A DNA stretch of 63,976 bases, filler included, from Octopus bimaculoides (taxonomy: Eukaryota): assembly GCF_001194135.2 (NCBI RefSeq). It is 7 parts of 5 records of this genome, joined end to end, with 100 filler letters (N's around TTAATTAATTAA, not from the genome) between each part and the next. Parts side by side here need not be neighbours in the genome. Positions count along the whole stretch, not along the records: positions 1 to 31,786 come from NC_068984.1; 6 more parts are not named here. One strand, 5' to 3'. Shown here in pieces: positions 1 to 15,045 of the stretch. How positions within the stretch are numbered: the stretch's first letter is position 1; each line of letters starts with the position of its first letter. Position numbers and translations under genes: made by a program. Under the pieces are notes generated by a model, which made no database searches, was not told where the DNA came from, and saw nothing but the letters and a program-made list of their open reading frames with translations.

Positions 1-832
1 ATATATATATATATAAATAAACATGTATATATACATACACATATATATTTGTTCACACACATCTACATGTACACACGCTCATACACACACATATTTATAT
101 GTTGTGAGAGAGACAGGGATTGCGCATGCGAAGTGAGAGAGAGAGAGAGAGGGAAAAAGTCGAGCGATCGTGTGAGAAATGTATTTTGATGGTACATCAA
201 ATAACCAGAAATTGCTCTGATTGGCGTGTGTATGTATACATTGTTGGAATGACTCATCCTTAGCGGCTCCGTTCTCTCCCACAGCTCTCCGAAGAATTCC
301 ACATAATTAATTTTCCCCCCTGCAAATAATCTGGACTATGTTCTCTCCATCTCAAAGATAGTAGTACTAAGTAGAATTTAACCACTTATCTGTGTATGCC
401 TATGTGTGTTTATCCTGGTTTGGTAGAATCGAGGGCGGGGGATAGGCAGAACCATTAATCGTTAGAGGCATTGATCAAAATGTTTCCCGCAGTGATTTCT
501 TTCTCAGCGCATTACATTTTAGGTTTGAATCCTACCGACGTCAGCTCTGCTTTACTCCCATTTAGGATCAGTAAAAGAATGCACCAGTCATGTATTGAGA
601 TCAGTGATATTGTCTAGGTCTTTCCTCTGAAAGTCACTGACTCTGCGCATAAATCAGTAGCAACATACATACATACATACATACATACATACATACATAC
701 ATACATACACGTATATGGATATATGCGGTGCGTGAGTAAAGACCTCCACTATATATAAAATGCCCAAGATGCCCTGTATGGCACAGCGGCACACATGCGA
801 CACTCAGATAGTTGAGGGTCCAAGTCAAGCAG

Positions 833-883
<51 letters not shown>

Positions 884-1997
884 ATCATTTCCAGTATTTT
901 GTGCGATTGCATACGTGCATGTATATACGACAGTGGGAGAAACGGAGGTGTGGATGGATGGATGGATAGAGACTGTGGAACATGTTGGGAGGCTCTATAC
1001 ATGGTAGAATGGAACATGAGTAGCCATTATGAGGCACTGAAAATGCATGCAGATTTGTTACACTGACACCTACAACAGCCATTCTTATGCAATCAAACGT
1101 GCTCGCCCATATGCCTATTTCCATGAATATATCTGAATTGTTTATGTCATCTATTTTCTTTTTTGTTCCTTTTTTCTTTCACCATCTATTTGTGCTCGTC
1201 TCTGTGTGTGCGCACGTGTGCTTGTGTGCGTAAGAGAGAGAGAGAGAGAGTGAGGGTGTGCGTGTGCGTGCGTGTGTGTGCGTGCGTGTGTGTGCGTGTG
1301 TGCCCGTGTGTGTGTGTACGCACGCCTGTATGCGCCCTAGTGTGTGCACACGAACCACACTGTCCGCGTGCGATTTTGTGTGCGTGTACATGTATCCCGT
1401 TTACGCGACTGTGAGCCGAACGAATGCCGACGCATGAAATGTTAGACAAGAGAAAGAATATGTGCCAAAATCGGTAAAGAGAATCGTTTAGAATATAACA
1501 TAGATTGGGTTGATATTTGCCAGCATTTTGTAGACATGTTGGTGGCGACGCAAACGGTACTGATGGAAAACAGCAATAAAAAACAGCCATTCTTGCCATC
1601 AATCACGTGGCTTGATATTACTTTAAGTCTTATTTGTTTTCAATTACATATATACGCGCTCGTGTGCATACATACACTTACACACAGAGGTTCATTCATA
1701 TATATCTCTCTCTATATATATATGGCATACACTTTCTCTCATAACACGCTTGCCAGATCGTAGATTTTCTGGCTTCCTATGAGTATTGAATTAGTACCGG
1801 TATTTTATTAGACATTTAAGGAATAAATTTCTCATCACACATATTGTGTTCAAGTAAAGTAATATTTATCTCTTTCTCTCTCATTTCTTCCCCCTTTCTC
1901 TTCGCATATATCAAACTCTGTGTATGTTCATAATTGTCTATCTACGTACACCTTTCAAAATATTCATACATCCATTTATCCTTTATATCTATCTATC

Positions 1998-2042
<45 letters not shown>

Positions 2043-2234
2043 NNNNNNNNNNNNNNNNNNNNNNNNNNNNNNNNNNNNNNNNNNNNNNNNNNNNNNNNNN
2101 NNNNNNNNNNNNNNNNNNNNNNNNNNNNNNNNNNNNNNNNNNNNNNNNNNNNNNNNNNNNNNNNNNNNNNNNNNNNNNNNNNNNNNNNNNNNNNNNNNNN
2201 NNNNNNNNNAAACCCATTCATATTCCTAGATACA

Positions 2235-2282
<48 letters not shown>

Positions 2283-2894
2283 CTTATATAAAATATACAT
2301 ATACACAAAATATAATATACACACAAATATGTACATATATACATACATATGTATATACATATATATGTAAATATATTCATATATAAATGTTTACTTGACA
2401 TAGATGTATATAAGCACACACATACGCGTATATATATAAATATATACGCACATATATAAATATATACACACACCTGCATACATACATATGTGTGTGTACT
2501 TGTACGTATGCACACACTTGTGTGTATGTATGTGTTCGTGTGTGTATGTGTGTGTGTGTACAATAGGCATAGATGCTTATTTTGCATTACCTATATCCTT
2601 TACTGCATCATCTTCTAAAAACAAAACGTTTCCCCAGAACTGCACAAAAGAATCACATAAAGCGAAATAAATTCTACTAAACTTTTCAATTGTATTTTAT
2701 GAATATAGGAAATAAATTCATATTGCATAGCTGATTAATGCTCAACCCAAGACAATATACACTTTGCAGTGGTAATTTAGTTACAAAACGATGAGTATTT
2801 CTCTCTCTTTCCATGTGCATGTGTGCGCATATGCGTACATAAATACACACTAACGAGTGTGTGTGTGCATGTGTGTTTTCGTAAATTCTCCCAT

Positions 2895-2927
<33 letters not shown>

Positions 2928-5153
2928 NNNNNNNNNNNNNNNNNNNNNNNNNNNNNNNNNNNNNNNNNNNNNNNNNNNNNNNNNNNNNNNNNNNNNNNNN
3001 NNNNNNNNNNNNNNNNNNNNNNNNNNNNNNNNNNNNNNNNNNNNNNNNNNNNNNNNNNNNNNNNNNNNNNNNNNNNNNNNNNNNNNNNNNNNNNNNNNNN
3101 NNNNNNNNNNNNNNNNNNNNNNNNNNNNNNNNNNNNNNNNNNNNNNNNTATACGTTCATAGACACACTCAGACACTCTCTTTCACACACACACACATTAA
3201 TAGTCTTTCGAGGTTTAGACTCAGGATTCCATTGTTTAGTGCCGTTCACGGACAAATAAACAAAATATTGTTTTGAATAAGCTTCAATTTGATTGTCTAT
3301 TGAAATACCCACGCCTATATGCAGACTCTCCCACGAAAAGACACAAACACATACATAAAGTTAATCCAACACATGCACAATCACACCCCGCCAAACACAC
3401 ACAAACACGAACAAACTCACACATACATACTCAATTAAGCGTATTCACTGGCGCAAACACAAAACATTAAAACAGCTGAACGCCGTCCTGTAAAAATCTC
3501 AGTCTTTTAGTTAAGCAGTAATGGTTCACTCATGAATAACTGGAGACTGCAGGGCGGTTTCAGTTTCCACTTGATAATCATTCACCTAATGTTCAACTGC
3601 TTCTATCGTTAACGAAATCTATGAATGTCTCACAATTGTCTCCTCTTCAATTTCCAGCCTCTTGAATATGTTTAGACACCAACATTGCTTATATAAAATA
3701 TTAGTAGTAATTGAATAAGAGAAGGTGAAATGGTTGAGTTAACTGAGCGAGCGAATGCATGAAATATGGTAATTAGAGTAGTTATTTTCAGTTTTTGATT
3801 TTTCACTTTCTATTTGAATCAATAAAATAAGTGCCAGTTGTTGATTAATCGGTGATCTGCACCGATTGAACTCGTTTCTGATCAAAGGCGCTCCATCCAT
3901 GATCATCCATTATACTATTCAGTTATAATGCATGTGGTATTACACTATCTAATATGTTCTTCTTTTTAGAAGGTATAATACAGTTGAAGGGAGATTTATT
4001 AAGCAGTCAATCCAAATACAGAAAGCTTGTGGCTTCGAACAGTGTACTGAAGATGGAAAACAAATAGGCAAGACAGATGAGGATCTATACAAGAGAAACT
4101 GTAGAATAGAAAATTACCCTAGAACATGAATCGCCTAAGAAAACTAAATAGCCTTGCATAATTCATGAGACAAGAACTTAAAAATCCATAATGGAGACAT
4201 GGAGACGAATGAAAACCTTTGTACAAAATATGTGCAAGATGCTTATTCACGTGTAAGAATAGGTAGCATATCTATATGGATGGACAGTTGTGTGGCAGCA
4301 ATATTATTAGAAACCAAGAGCAGTGGATTGGTAGAAACTCTAGAGCATCCGCTAAAGTTCATTACATTATTTTCCTCAGCTCTGAATGTTCTGACCAGGA
4401 AAAATTTTGCGTTTCATGCTTTGCTGTCGATGAAATAAATTACCAGACAAGAACTGGAGTCGATATAATCGACTACGTCTTCCCTAAAAGTTTTAGGCCT
4501 TGTACCTAAATTACAGTAATATCAATAGTAGCTCAAACAGCATACATAGTTGTTTAGATTTAGGTTGTATGAAATGCATTCCAACCATGATTACCTAGTT
4601 TATTTTCTAAGAAAATTGTATCTTGGACTACATTATCTAATGTGATAATTTTTAAGAGAATGTAATTCTGAGCGATTTGGTTGCTATCTTTAACAGATCA
4701 TGTGTCATATAGAGACTCCGTCTTTGTGTATTCTAGACTTTCATTGGCATATTTGAAAATCAGATGCAGTAGCAGTAGAAGAAGCTATAAGCACATTTTA
4801 TAAATGTTACAGACTATATATAAAAATAAATGATTTAATGAAAGTTCACGTGAGCTGTTCATCTAAATTTATGCAAGCAGAAAAATCAAACTAATACAAA
4901 AAAGTAACAGCAAACAATAAAAAAGCAAAAACAGTTTCCAGCGAATAAGTTATAGCATGCCATATTCTAAATCATCCAAGTAAGAACAGGAATCACCATT
5001 TTCCAGTTTTATTTATTCCAACGTCTTCTTTTGTTTTTCAATAAGTTTGGTTGCATGTGTACACTCACACACAGACGTATATCTATGTGAATATTAGAAT
5101 TATCGAATCCAAGTCATTCATACAGTGTGAGTTGTCAAGAATGAAGCTTGATA

Positions 5154-5239
<86 letters not shown>

Positions 5240-8102
5240 CCGACCTATCTATCTATACTCACACATGTTAGTATATGTATATATACAATCATGTATATAT
5301 TTGTATATGTATATACATTCACACATTCGCACGTGTGTAAGTATATTATATATATGTATATATAAATACATACACACACACACACATATATATATGCATA
5401 TATGTATGTATATGCATGTATGTATATAATTTTGTGCACATGTATATTCAATATAAAATGTTTGAGCGTGTATATGTGTGTATGCGAATTTGTATTTAGT
5501 GCATCAGCGTTTGCACGTTACTATACATGTATATATAGAAATGTATCTCGAGGGTTATTTGTAGATAGATAGATATAGTTCGATTTTCGTGACAACCACT
5601 TTATGTGTGGTCATTCGTTCAGAAGGTGAAAGCAGATGCGCTCCTATTGAAGCAAATTGCTATCAGATATTACAATTCTTTTCCTGTTTAAAAGAGCTTC
5701 CATCATTTCCTCTTTGTCCTCCCCCTTCCACTCCATTTTACTACTCTCTTATTCGTTTTTGTATAATTTCTTTCTTTTATTAAAAGCTTGACTGCACAAC
5801 TTACTATAAACGGTCCATCTGATACAGGATGCTTCTTGCCTGACAACGGTCAAACAATTAACTTAATGGTCTAACGCACAGATTACCCATAAATTCACAA
5901 TCTAACCAACTAGCGAACAACTTCCCCAACATCTTCCATCGATCGTACTACACCCAACACTTTCACATGTATTTACAGCGAGCTTCCTGGTGTATCTAAC
6001 CAATATCCAGTGCGCATGAATTCCGCCATTTTGAATTGAGATATACCGAAGAAGAGTAAGTGATACAGATTAATGTAAGAATAGCGTACGCCAAACAGAA
6101 CATCGTCGTCTGGTTAGCGCAAATCCTTCCTATATAAAGAAAAATAGAAAAATAAAATAGAAAAACAAACCTGACACATTAACTTTCTATCTTTTTCTTC
6201 TGATAGTTGTTTCTTTATCAATTAAATACGAGGATTCTATAGTTGTAACACACATTTTACTGTTGTGTAAATCTCAGCAGTAATGCTTCGTACCGATAAA
6301 GAGATAAAGACCAAACCAATATAAATCTGATGATGTTTTGAGAACATTAAGAAACCAAAACGTTCGTTCTGTTTTGCCGAACTGCGACCAAAGTTTGATA
6401 CTTGGTCGACGCCGCGCTTACAACGTGTATAAATAAGCCGTATATATATGACATGATTCAACTCTTAACTTTTTCTGTAAAACACCGTTTCTTTCCCTCA
6501 TCAAAAATAAAATAAATATTTATATTGATATAATAAAATATGAAGCATCGAACGATGTATCGCTGTTAGCGAGATTTTGTAGCAGGTGCATTTCTTTATA
6601 TTTCTCTTATATAGCAATCGGCGCCCATCATTATTTTCCTGGGAATATAGCTCGCTTGAAGAATGGAAGCTGTCTTTAGTGTGTGTCCAACAGAAACAAT
6701 CCTACAAAATGCACACTAGGACAGATGATATTAAACCGGGCGACGAATTATGTCTACGACTCCATTTACGTATTTACTTTTTATTTCTCTCTCTAAAACC
6801 GCCTTGGTTAGTCTCAGATACTTTTGGACAATAAGGCATCTTATCAGAGGTTAATTTACCTCATAGATGTCCTCATAGACGCTGCCTATTATTTGACAGC
6901 TGTACCTTCTAAAATTAAAAAAAACAAACCCTTAGATTTAAATGCAGAAAAATATCCACTTCTTGGGAACGACAAAAATCAATACGATTTAAACATTAAT
7001 TTAGTGAAGTATTACATGATTCGGTGGCGGTAATAAATGGTTAAAAAACAGGTTCAGTTTTTTTTTTTTTTACCTTTTCACTGATCAAATATAAATGAGG
7101 ACGTATTGAAAACAATTGCTCAAGTGTCACGATAACAGAGCTAACTATAAAATACAACAAAGGAAAAAAATAAATAGAATTAAATCAGAGTTAAAAGAAA
7201 TAACATGATGTTACTTCTATCAGCCTCGTATAGTGTCATATATAAAAGAGTGAATTTCAATAAAAGAATCAAACCAAAGAGTAAAATTTGTCAAATGACA
7301 TAAATGCGTGTAGTGCGAGATGAAGTAAATTCTGACGCTTGGAACAGAACTCTTTTAAAAATATTTCAATAAGCATTGACTTTGACGCATGATTTTCTGT
7401 CCACTTCAAAACTGTTGATATTAGAAACATTCTAAATAAAAAGTAATGTAAAATGTTTCTACTTTGTACTACTCGAGTCAATGAGGGAGATTTTATATGT
7501 TACTTGACATGGTAGAAATAACAGCAAATTTTCACTCTAATCTTACATTGCTATGTTTTTGTTTGCTTATTCGTTTTTTAAAGAATTAATGTCTTTAATC
7601 CAGGGTCTACTCGATCAGGGCTAATGGGATGCTAAATAGCAACATTAGTTGCAATTCTACTTTATACGTCATAACCTCTCTATTTTAATGAGACGAAAAG
7701 CATGGGACAAGAAATCTAAGGAAAGTCGTAGCTTAAATATCCAACCAATAGTTCCATTCTAGAAACCAGTTTACAAATAAAAATAAAAGAAACACTTGCT
7801 GAAAATATCCGCCATTTAAATTGAATTCGCACAGAAGTTGTACGACTACAATTATTTGGTAATATACTTTGGTACAAAGAGAATGAAAGAGCCTGCAAGA
7901 TTGCATGTATGTCTGTATGATAAAAGAGTTTTCTTTACACTATATCTATTCTGGTTCGCCCTTAAAGCCCAGCACATTTGACAAACGTCTTCACCGTAGT
8001 TTCGAGTTGTTCAATACGTATTGAGTACAATATCGCCGGATGGTAATGCAAATACGCATTGCACAATGGCACGTAAACATTCTCATTTGGTCTCTGTCAC
8101 TT

Positions 8103-8138
<36 letters not shown>

Positions 8139-8717
8139 TTTTTCTCTCTATTTCTCACACATACATAAATAAACAAATAGAAAGAATAACAAATGCTATA
8201 CAACATAAATTGCTGATTTAACAAAGTTATCTCTGCTTCAGTAGAGTGTGGCATAATTACCAAATGGCAATTAAGACGAGCTCTATATGAAAAGGAAAGA
8301 TAAACCCAAAAGTTAATAATTCTCAAACGCTGACATGTCATTGAAAAAAGGACGGGCTAATTGTCCGGATAAAAGAAAACCGTCGTGAACATATGTTACT
8401 GCCTCAATAGGTATCACCAGCCTGGTAATTTTCATACCTGATCTCCAGTAGTCAAGGAACTTAGTCATATAAGAAAGAGTAGAACACATATGGGAAATGA
8501 AACAAACCATGAGAGATTGTTTCCTCGAGCTTTCAATAACATAGGGTGATGATTAGTTACATAACGTAAAGTACATAAGACTTATATTGTCAAATCATCA
8601 GAAAAGTGTAAACTTTATGCATAACATTGGCATTACTGGATCGTATAAATGCTGACACGATCAACTATCGCATCTGTATGTATGTATACTCATACATACA
8701 TACATACATACATATAT

Positions 8718-8800
<83 letters not shown>

Positions 8801-9982
8801 CATCTCTCTCTTTCTGTCTCTGCATGTCTGTCTGTCTGTCTCTCTCACTACATATATATATATACGCACACACATATATATACTACACACATATATGTAT
8901 ATATATATATATATATATATNNNNNNNNNNNNNNNNNNNNNNNNNNNNNNNNNNNNNTATACGAACATACAGTTACTACTTTCACACAAGTCACTCATGC
9001 TGCTAGAAACAGTAATTAGCCCTTCTGTAGCAAACCAACAAAATATTATTCCAAGTTGTGATATAAAATAAGATTTCAGCCAATAAATGAAAATAAACAA
9101 GAAGAAGAAAAATTGATATCAATCCTCTTAATACTAGTTTTTATATATTTATATACAGTAATAATATATGACGCTACTGAAATATATAATTCAAATAAAA
9201 ATCAAAAGCAAATGTCTGAAAAATAAGAAAACTTTCCGAGGAATTAACAAAACTGCGCACACCATTGTCTCTTCAGACTGGACAATTTCAATAAAATATA
9301 TATACAAAAATAAACAGTCTGACATCCGAGATAGTTTAATTTAGTTCTACTTAGTCACGAAATAGGGATAGTTACACCTATACGCACATCGCTCAGACAT
9401 ACACACATCTACATACATACGCACAGGACACACACATATTTATATACTCATACACGAACTATTATTGGAACATCTATGCTCTAAGCATGCATAAATAATA
9501 ACATAGGCCGGCAAAGAGACTCAGTTTTGTACACAGAGAGATTAACAACTGTTGCTGCGGAGGAAAATTACTTGTATGATGTCAAACTAAAAGATGCCAG
9601 GAATAATATAACATAACAACCTTGATTACATATGGGTGACTGTATTCGAGAAAGAAATTTAAAAATATAAAACGAATTGACTTTAGAGATGGACAAAAAA
9701 ATAAATGTAATTCCTGGGATAGATATCATGGGATATTGGATATTTGTGTTCGGTCTCAGTTTAATCATTCTGAAGTAATACCGTTTTGGAAGCTGCTAAA
9801 TAATTCCTCAGCATGATTACAGACTTTTGTAGATACGTGCTGGTCAGTTATTAAGTACAAGAGTACAGATATATACACATCTCTTTTGTGTGCGTGTATG
9901 TGGGCGTGTGTGCGCGCGCATTTAAACACACACACACACACACACACTCGTACACGCGTTCTATATGGAGATATATATATTG

Positions 9983-10195
9983 GTCTCATAGTTTGGCAAA
10001 AGGCCACCGATTTTGGGGGAGACGTAAGTCGATTAGATCGATTCCAGAGCTTGACTACTGATACTCGTTTTATTGACACCGAAAGGATGAATGACAAAGT
10101 CGACCTCGGAGAAATTTGAACTAAGAGCGCAAAGACGGACGAAATGCCACTAATCATTTTGTCCTGCGTGATAACGATTCTGCCAGCTCACCGCT
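9983..10195 (-). repeat. SINE family A copy
   Basis: Reverse complement of the 46246 head (aacgattctgccagctcaccgc). Confidence 0.8.
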
Positions 10196-11427
10196 TTTCA
10201 TGCGCACATATATATTACTGACGCATTGATACTGTCCGTTTTTTCTCTCTTCTGTTAGCATATACAAAAATAAACTTATAGATATGAACCGGAATCGAGT
10301 GTGAATACTTTTTATAATTAGATAAGTACGCTGAACGATAATAGGCGTCTGCTTTTTTTTATGCAATTCCACCGCTGACAGAAACAAGAGCGTATCTTCT
10401 AGTATAGTTTGAATCACCATTAGAATCTCATCAACAGCCGTTTACTTCACTTTCTAATACCCTCAGTGAACTTGTATTTATAGCGACTATCACTACGAAG
10501 CTTCTTAAATCAGGTACATTTTGCGTTTTTTAACTCAGTTCTGGCTATTAGCTCGAACAAATGAATTACTGTCACGTTGTTATAATTCAGAATTAACGTA
10601 TGTTAGCCAAAGCTTCATATGTATGCTAAATATGTAGCAGTGTCACTATGAGCTTTATCAACTATGCACCAATACTAAATGATTTTCTAAAAGGTTGTTT
10701 ATGTTGTACGAAAATCAACAAGAAATTGAAATTTATAACTTATATCTCACCAGTAAAATGCTTCATGCAGGTCACATGATATTTATGTTCTCTTTTCATC
10801 TGATAACGTCATATAGTGCTTTTCTGTCTCTTTCATCTTTAGCTAAATATTCTCCCATCTTCTATCCTTAACCAATCAGTCTCTTATTTAGTTTTCTAAA
10901 CACACACATCACACCATACACATATCACACTATACAAATATTTGATTTTGTGATATATAAGAAGACAGCAGAGTTGCGGAAGCGTCGAGGTGCTGACTCT
11001 ATATATTTTCCCTCCAAACCACTTGCAATCAATTTTATAATGGTTTTTACTTATTCACAATTCCGCCCTCATTAATGATCAAAGCATAACAGTCGTTTCT
11101 ATCCGGCCGTTTATATCTACATTGCATTTATTGTCTAATGTTTTCTTAATTATCAGGACAACAATGTTCAAGATGTTCTTACATTTTAAGCCAATGGTAT
11201 GTGATTTGAAATAGAATCACTTGGCATTACTAGTAGGTCGGACAACTGCATAGAGGCTTCCTCGTTGGCTCACTGCTCATTTTTTAACCGCATATCGTGG
11301 CTTGTGCAATTATGATTAATCATAATATATACTGTACATTGATATTTCATAGCATCATGGCACCGACATTGCGGAAAATGCATATATAAATAAATATACA
11401 TCATTCTATGATTGTGATCCTCATATC

Positions 11428-11531
<104 letters not shown>

Positions 11532-12429
11532 NNNNNNNNNNNNNNNNNNNNNNNNNNNNNNNNNNNNNNNNNNNNNNNNNNNNNNNNNNNNNNNNNNNNN
11601 NNNNNNNNNNNNNNNNNNNNNNNNNNNNNNNNNNNNNNNNNNNNNNNNNNNNNNNNNNNNNNNNNNNNNNNNNNNNNNNNNNNNNNNNNNNNNNNNNNNN
11701 NNNNNNNNNNNNNNNNNNNNNNNNNNNNNNNNNNNNNNNNNNNNNNNNNNNNNNNNNNNNNNNNNNNNNNNNNNNNNATATATATATGCATATATGTATT
11801 TGCAACTGCAGTTGTAGGTAGACAGATGTATGCGCAATAAATGCACAAGTATACATTTAAATACACACCACACCTACTCATTGATAAATATCCTTTTCTT
11901 AACTATTTACACAGCAATCCTCAAACATAATCTCGCATAAACTTTTACTATCTTTAAGTGTTTTTGTTTCTATACCCCAGCCCACACAAGCTGTATCATG
12001 ACTTGATAAATCACTCCCATATACATAGGCATATCTGCAGTACTTCAAAACGCAATTGGTGCAGTAATATAAGTGCTCTTTTCTTCAGCAGTAGAATCAA
12101 TATCTTTCTTGGCTTCATGCAATAGCCACCCACAACCGAGTAACACCCACAAGCCTCCCACTCATGCAGTGCAAATTCTCAGTCATTGCTGTGGCCTTCA
12201 GGAAAAGTACAACCCACGTATGTGTAAGGGAGCAGTGGATTATATTTAATATGCCTAGTCCTCCCTATGGTATCTCATGCGACAAACCACTGCATTTACT
12301 TAGTCAGGTAGCTGAATAATATATTCTTTCTCGGAAATTCCCATCACCAACATGGTATGCAATCAGCCATAAACGAAGCTTTAAGCAGCTGCTTAGTATG
12401 ATCTTGTTACCGAAGGAAAAGATACAAAA

Positions 12430-12476
12430 TAATAAAAATAATAATAATAGTAATAATGACAACAACAACAACAATT

Positions 12477-12526
<50 letters not shown>

Positions 12527-13093
12527 CATAATAATAATAATAATAATAATGATAATAATAATAATTGCCCTGATGCAGTACCACACAGTAACTTTCATAG
12601 CTTCTGATTTTAACTCATTGGAAATGTTATCATGTACATTGTTTCGTCTTTGTATAAAAGTTGGGCTACAGCAAATATTCTGCTCAATACCACAGATTTG
12701 CTTGTCAAATGTTTGACCTTAACCAGTTGTGCATGTCCCTTGGTGGCTGAAGATATGTGCGTCTCTGATCACGAGCAGAAGTAGTGCATGTGTTGAGAGA
12801 AGTCCTTTGGGGTTTAGATAATTCACCTCTGGAAACATGGGTGCTTCGTTCATCATCCTTAAACAACGTTTATTCAGGGTTCTTTTGAGAGGGATGGGCT
12901 ACTCGACCTGAAAAGAAATTCTAACTTGGCTCCACCTGCGAGGTCATGCGCTGTTTATCTTGATATAAAATCACAATGTTGCGCACATAGGGTTGTGATG
13001 CATGTGCCTGGTGTACCCTTACCAGACGGGTCTTTTACCCTAATATCACCTTGATGGCACGCACTGCTCTCTCACTCGGTAATAATAATAATC

Positions 13094-13142
<49 letters not shown>

Positions 13143-13310
13143 CGATGATGATGATGATGTTGATGATGATGATGATGATGATGACCATGATGATGATGCT
13201 CATGATGATGATGATCATGTTTATGACGGTGGTAGTGGTGGTTGCGTGATTATCTTTATTATTATTATTATTATTATTATTATGATGATGATGATGATGA
13301 TGAGGAGGAG
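12430..13310. repeat. Trinucleotide microsatellite blocks (AAT, AAC, GAT, ATT, AGG); window-wide there are also (AT)n, (AC)n, (AG)n, (ATCT)n, (ATAC)n runs, many beside gaps
   Basis: Direct reading, e.g. (ATCT)n 833-882 and 5153-5255, (AT)n 37070-37215, (AAG)n 61603-61660. Confidence 0.95.
12566..13079 (+). repeat. Interspersed repeat between (AAT)n tracts, probably the 3' UTR of a Dong-type LINE
   Basis: Complex, more GC-rich 510 bp flanked by AAT runs on both sides like the Dong fragments; family assignment is inference. Confidence 0.45.
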
Positions 13311-14054
13311 GAGGATGGTGATTTTTTAATAAGAATAATAAGAAAACGCACGTGCCAGCGATATATGCGTCATCTCTGGAAATTTAATTTAATTTTATAG
13401 ATCTGCAGAGCAAATCTTGATAAAAAAAAAAAATATATATATATATATTTCATCTCATATTTAAGGCTCCTCTATGCCACCTTTTGCATCATAGTAAATT
13501 GTAGTACGAGGATAAATGTTGAAATACATCAAAGTTATGACGTAAATGAGAAAGGAAAAGGCTGAGAATCAATGGAACAGATGGAAAAAATGAGAAAGAA
13601 AGAAATTCACAAACTCATAGAATCAAGAACTATGGATAGAACTGCCGATAGATTGCCAAACTGATAATGGCTCATCTACTCTCATCGGTAATACAGAGTG
13701 TTAATGGCTAAGTAACATGACCGTGAAAACGGTTATTTCACGGACCTCTATGTAGATATAATGTGGCGGCATCCTTTTATAAATAACAAGCATTACTGTT
13801 GAAAATTCTACCGTTACCTAGAAAATTATAAGACTGTTTGAAGCTTGTAATAGAAGTTTTCGTTTGAAATTGTATATTTGTATTGAAGCGTTTGAGTATT
13901 GAAATAAAGTAAAGCCGATGTAGGATGTACTGAAGATGCAGTCTTAGGAGAGAACATCTTTGAAATCTATATTCTTTGTTACACACTTGTCAGCCTTTGA
14001 TTACGAGTGGCTATTTATTATTTTTACTTAAAATAATAATAACATTAATTATAA

Positions 14055-14102
<48 letters not shown>

Positions 14103-14139
14103 CATCATCATCATCATTGATGTTGTTGTTGTTGTGTAA

Positions 14140-14266
14140 AGGCGACGAGCTGGCAGAATCGTTAGCAAGCCTGGCAAAATGTTTAGCGGCATTTCATCCG
14201 CCCTTACGCACTGGGTTCAAATTCCTCCGAGGTCGAATTTGCCTTTCATCGGGGTCGATCAATTAA
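14140..14266 (+). repeat. SINE family A copy, 3'-truncated
   Basis: ggcgacgagctggcagaatcgttagc..ccgaggtcga. Confidence 0.8.
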
Positions 14267-14330
14267 GTAGTGGTTAAAAACGCGGGCTACTAACCCCAAG
14301 ATTCCGAGTTCGATTCCAAGCAATGAGCTA
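14267..14330 (+). repeat. tRNA(Ile)-like SINE head fragment
   Basis: A box AGTGGTTA, B box GAGTTCGATTCC; GCTACTAACCCCAAG resembles GCTAATAACGCCAAG of tRNA-Ile(AAT); no acceptor stem. Confidence 0.55.
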
Positions 14331-14371
14331 AACAACAACAACAACAGCAACAACAACAACAATAATAATAA

Positions 14372-14625
14372 TAATCTAAAAACAGAAACAATTCCTATCA
14401 TAATAGGCGCCTTAGGTATGATAAAAAAATATTCAGACAAATACATAACAAAAACACCAGGACTTACAAATATATATAACATACAGAAAATTGCACTACT
14501 CGGCACTGCACACATCCTACGCAAAACACTTTCAATACAGCAACCATAAGAGCATCACAGCAAACCACAGCACATACCCAAGGCACCCAGAGCTGCGCTC
14601 GGTAGTGAAGTGAAAGCACGCTACA
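14372..14625 (+). mobile_element. R4/Dong-type 3' end, 5'-truncated, between (AAC/AAT)n tracts
   Basis: NLKTETIPIIIGALGMIKKYSDKYITKTPGLTNIYNIQKIALLGTAHILRKTLSI; near-identical reverse complement of 40600-40860. Confidence 0.85.
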
Positions 14626-14917
14626 ATAATAATGATAATAATAAATCTATTTGAAAATGATACCAGGCTTACCATCTCTACAGGAGGTGCAAAATATCGT
14701 GCTAACTGGAACGACTCATGTACTAAGAAGAGCATTATCGTTGTGAAAACAACATCCATTCATGATTTTTTTTTTTTTTTTTTTTNNNNNNNNNNNNNNN
14801 NNNNNNNNNNNNNNTTGCGTGTGTAAATTGGGAATGCATACAACGTTTCTCTGCCCTAGGTGTACGGAAAACACTCGGCGAGAAATGGGAAAAGATTTGA
14901 AGAAAGTAAAAAAAAAC

Positions 14918-14953
<36 letters not shown>

Positions 14954-15001
14954 TCGAAAAACACCTTAGGAATGAGAACCCAGGTTTGAAATTTCCCCAA
15001 G

Positions 15002-15045
15002 GCACCTGAAGAAGAGTTGAGGGTATATCAGCCGAAACGTTGTGT
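15002..15045 (+). ncRNA. Decayed minimal hammerhead-ribozyme-like fold in a PLE-type tail (tail about 14951-15145)
   Basis: GCAC-CTGAAGA-..GTTG..CAGC-C-GAAA-CGT-T-GTGT: intact core, stem I 4 bp (one G-U), imperfect stem II, palindromic AACGTT. Confidence 0.45.

Noticed and set aside
13719-13745. 8-bp hairpin ccgtgaaa/tttcacgg
   Set aside because: Expected by chance in 64 kb; no supporting context.
14267-14330. tRNA gene call for tRNA-like heads (also SINE A/B heads)
   Set aside because: No acceptor stem, mismatched anticodon stem, and embedded in SINE bodies.
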